Assembly (NCBI GenBank): GCA_002104905.1
Contig: MCFE01000189.1
Span: 73,096 to 137,095 of the forward strand
Length of the DNA: 64,000 bases
From: Basidiobolus meristosporus CBS 931.73
Taxonomy: Eukaryota > Fungi > Basidiobolomycota
Direction of reading: 5' to 3'
The position numbers and the translations under genes are program-made. The notes under the pieces were generated by a model. The model was not told the DNA's origin. It was given only the letters and a program-made list of their open reading frames with translations, and ran no database searches. Shown piece after piece: positions 61,157 through 64,000 of this stretch (position 1 is its first letter; each line of letters opens with the position of its first letter).

Positions 61157-62926
61157 AGTGCCACCTGGTCGAAGGCATTCCGAGCATATCACTAGTAGAT
61201 CCTATTCAAAGGATCCGCAACACGATGAATTTTGATAAAAGCAATTGCATGCAGTAATAATAAATCGTAAACGTTTTATTCAGAGTTTGTCGCCAATCTT
61301 CACAAGCTTTGTTATGTCTATGAGTCAGATGTGAATTTAATATCCTCAAAGTTTTTGGGATTTTGGTGATCATTATAGCACTCGCTCTTAAACAACACCA
61401 ATGCCGGCTACTATGTACTTACCAATTTTGGCAAGTGCTAGTTCTGTACGACAAAATTATAGTTAGGATAGCTCATCACTTGATTGCTCAATGGAATATC
61501 AAGGGGTATCTTACAATTCGAATTGATTTAAATAACAAAAATCTCTACAATATGTTATCCCGTTCAGCAGATGGTATTTGCAATAACTCAGGCGGAAGAA
61601 AGCGTACCCGCTTGTATCAGTCAATTTGTATGTACTAATGTAAAATAGGGATAGGCATTCTAACTAGCTGCAATCAAATCACTGTTACTGGGTTCGTATC
61701 ACCCCGATAGAAACCTTGGTGGCACGTCAGAGCCATATATTTGAATTCTGCTTCCGGCGCTTCACATGTATCAGTTTATTTCCACAGTAACTTCACAACA
61801 CTGTATAATGCAAGTCTTAGGTAGGATTCTGTTAATGGGGAACTCGATGCATTCCAGTATCTCAGTAACCAACTAGATCAATCACTTGAGAGTGACAGAT
61901 TTACATGAAGATTACGCTATCGACGAAAATCAAATTCACTTAAATCTGCATAAACTTGTTGTAGGTGTCACAGACTCTATTATTGTCAATCTTCAATAGT
62001 AATGGAAACGTGACTAAATCCCAAGATTGGCAGAGCCCTTGTAGCAGCGGCAAGTGTTTGGTATGACAGCCAACTAATCAAGGTAACTTGTTAGATCCCA
62101 TTGCAACATAATACACAAAGTGATGATGCTATCGAATTCTCACGAAAAATAGGTACCATAGATATAGCCCAGCTTAGCTTGGCAATATGCGCACACTCTA
62201 GAGTATAGAAATCTAAATTCAATGGTTTTTTTGACACTCAGGTGTATCTCCGATACGTTTTCCATGGACAATGCTGTCATGAAAGTATAGCACGTGCCAT
62301 GTATATAATTCACAGAAGGGATTTGTAATTTTTTATCCGGCAATCTTTATTCCTTGTTGTATGGGTTTCCGGGTTGACACTTCCGTTTCCTGGGATTTCC
62401 CAGGAGTATTCAAGTTGTGGTTCACTGAAAACTACTGTGGGAGTGATGTGCAACTAAACTGGCCAAATGGAATGGACCCAGAGTGGATCGAAAGATCCTT
62501 CACAAATATATCATTACGTCGAATCACATTAACTTCTAAAAGCTACTGCAATCGGAAACTTAGCCATGAGGATTCGTTAATAGCTGGCTGATTTTAACCA
62601 ATGACCATTCTTCTAACTTCTGATTCGAAATCGACCTGTGTTTATCATTTTGGATAATGCTGAGCTCATTGGGTCACAAGTTTCTCTGTCCCCACGGGTG
62701 CTAGTAGTAACTTGAATCTTCGGATTTCGTGCTTCATGCCCAGCATGCTCATATGGTTCACCAAGTTCAACTGTACGCCTTCACTTGCCAATCCAAGGCA
62801 ATCATCTGATCAGAGTCAAACGTCGCCTTGACTAATCCGCGGAAGTAGACCAGGCTATATAATCCAGAGTGCATTCGACCATCACTCACCATCCCAATCA
62901 TTCACAAGTGATTGTCTGACTGCAGC

Positions 62927-64000
62927 ATGCGCACCGCCACTCAACTGCTGATACTGTCCTTGGCTGCCACTGGCAGCTCAGTGTATGCTCAAGACCTACC
63001 ACCTCAGGTCCCTGCTGCCTCCGAGAACTTCTACTTCCACGCCAACTACGATTGGATCAAGAACACCACCCTCCCTGGTGACCGCTCCATCTGGAACACT
63101 TTCTCCGTCCTCGACCAGAGAAACTCGGACTACCTCCTGACGATCCTTGAGAAGACTGGCAACTCCACCGAGCACACCTTGTTGGGCGACTACTATGCCT
63201 CCGGATTGGATCTTGGCCTAATCAAGAAGTCCGGATTGAGTCCCATCAAGAAGTTGTTGAAGCAAGTGGAAAGCATTCGCACCCCCGCTGACGTGGCCAA
63301 GACCCTCGGCACTCTCCATAGCCTCTCAGTCTCTGTTCATGGTGGAAGTCCTTTGTTTGCCATCGCCTCTCAGCCGGACAGCAAGAACTCCACTTGGACA
63401 CTGTCCTACATCGGTCAGAACGGACTTTCGCTCCCAAGTGTCGAGTACTACACCGAGGAGAGTCAGGCCGAAGTCCGTGAGAAGTATCTTGCTCACGTTG
63501 AGAAGATTCTCACCCTTGCCAAGGTCAAGAATGCCAAGGCCAAGGCCAAGGTTGTGCTGGACTTCGAGACAGCCCTTGCCAAGCACTCGCTAACCTCTGT
63601 TGAGCAGCGTGATGTGTACCGTATCTACAACAAGCTGACCTTCCAGCAGCTCAAGCAAATCACACCTTCCTTCCCCTGGTTGAACTACTGCCAATCTTTG
63701 GGCTGGCGCAAGGGCCACTGTTTCGGTGATGGTGACGTCATCGTCGACAATCCTGACTTCCTGAAGTTCTTCAACACTCTGTTCAAGCAATTCCGTGCCG
63801 AGGACTGGCGCACCTACTTTGTGTGGCAAGTCCTAGGTTCCAGTGCGGCCTACCTCGATCAAGACTTCAAGTCCCAAGACTTTGACTTCTTCGGTCGCAC
63901 CCTTCGTGGTCAGAGCGAGCCATCCCCTCGTGGCCAGTTCCTCCTCGATCAGATCGGCTCTCAAATCCCCGACACCTTGAGTCAGCTGTTCGTCCAGGAG
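62927..64000 (+). CDS. Second M13 metallopeptidase copy, truncated by the window end
   Basis: ATG at 62927; open to the window end; same protein sequence as copy 1 over the part visible. Absent from the ORF track because it has no stop in the window. Confidence 0.93.
   Translation, partial: MRTATQLLILSLAATGSSVYAQDLPPQVPAASENFYFHANYDWIKNTTLPGDRSIWNTFSVLDQRNSDYLLTILEKTGNSTEHTLLGDYYASGLDLGLIKKSGLSPIKKLLKQVESIRTPADVAKTLGTLHSLSVSVHGGSPLFAIASQPDSKNSTWTLSYIGQNGLSLPSVEYYTEESQAEVREKYLAHVEKILTLAKVKNAKAKAKVVLDFETALAKHSLTSVEQRDVYRIYNKLTFQQLKQITPSFPWLNYCQSLGWRKGHCFGDGDVIVDNPDFLKFFNTLFKQFRAEDWRTYFVWQVLGSSAAYLDQDFKSQDFDFFGRTLRGQSEPSPRGQFLLDQIGSQIPDTLSQLFVQE

Larger units (their letters stand above)
58860..64000 (+). 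repeat. Near-identical tandem duplication, period 3798 bp (58860-60202 vs 62658-64000)
   Basis: Identity starts at ctcattgggtcacaag in both copies and covers ~265 bp of upstream sequence plus the CDS; about 6 substitutions seen. Confidence 0.93.

Noticed and set aside
60035-61192. 385-aa antisense ORF (also 59528..59788, 59792..60031 and copies at 63246-63829)
   Set aside because: Shadow of the M13 gene: strong codon bias removes stops on the opposite strand; no domain motifs.

Overview
Eukaryotic genomic DNA, most consistent with a fungus (short 61-72 nt GT-AG introns, vpr-type subtilisin, fungal-type LTR elements). An early-diverging lineage is plausible but is only my inference. The window has two compartments. 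(1) 1 to ~32.0 kb is a nested transposon block, strongly depleted of CpG. It holds at least four Ty1/Copia copies of one family (one full copy inserted in inverse orientation inside another), one full-length Ty3/Gypsy element with an uninterrupted 1377-aa gag-pol ORF inserted into a CACTA/EnSpm-like transposase relic, two more Gypsy fragments, and several decayed CACTA-like copies. (2) ~32.1-64 kb has ordinary CpG content. It carries a spliced secreted S8A subtilisin, an orphan disordered protein, a small single-RRM protein with a probable mitochondrial presequence, a tandem array of an unrecognised intronless ~370-390 aa multipass membrane protein family (5 intact genes, 2 pseudogenes), and two near-identical tandem copies of a secreted, bacterial PepO-like M13 metallopeptidase (the second runs off the window end). 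The best candidate for an undescribed system is the membrane-protein array: its cores are homogenised while the predicted outward-facing segments are hypervariable, as expected for a recognition or receptor family. All counts and identities are by-eye estimates. No rRNA, tRNA or CRISPR array was seen.
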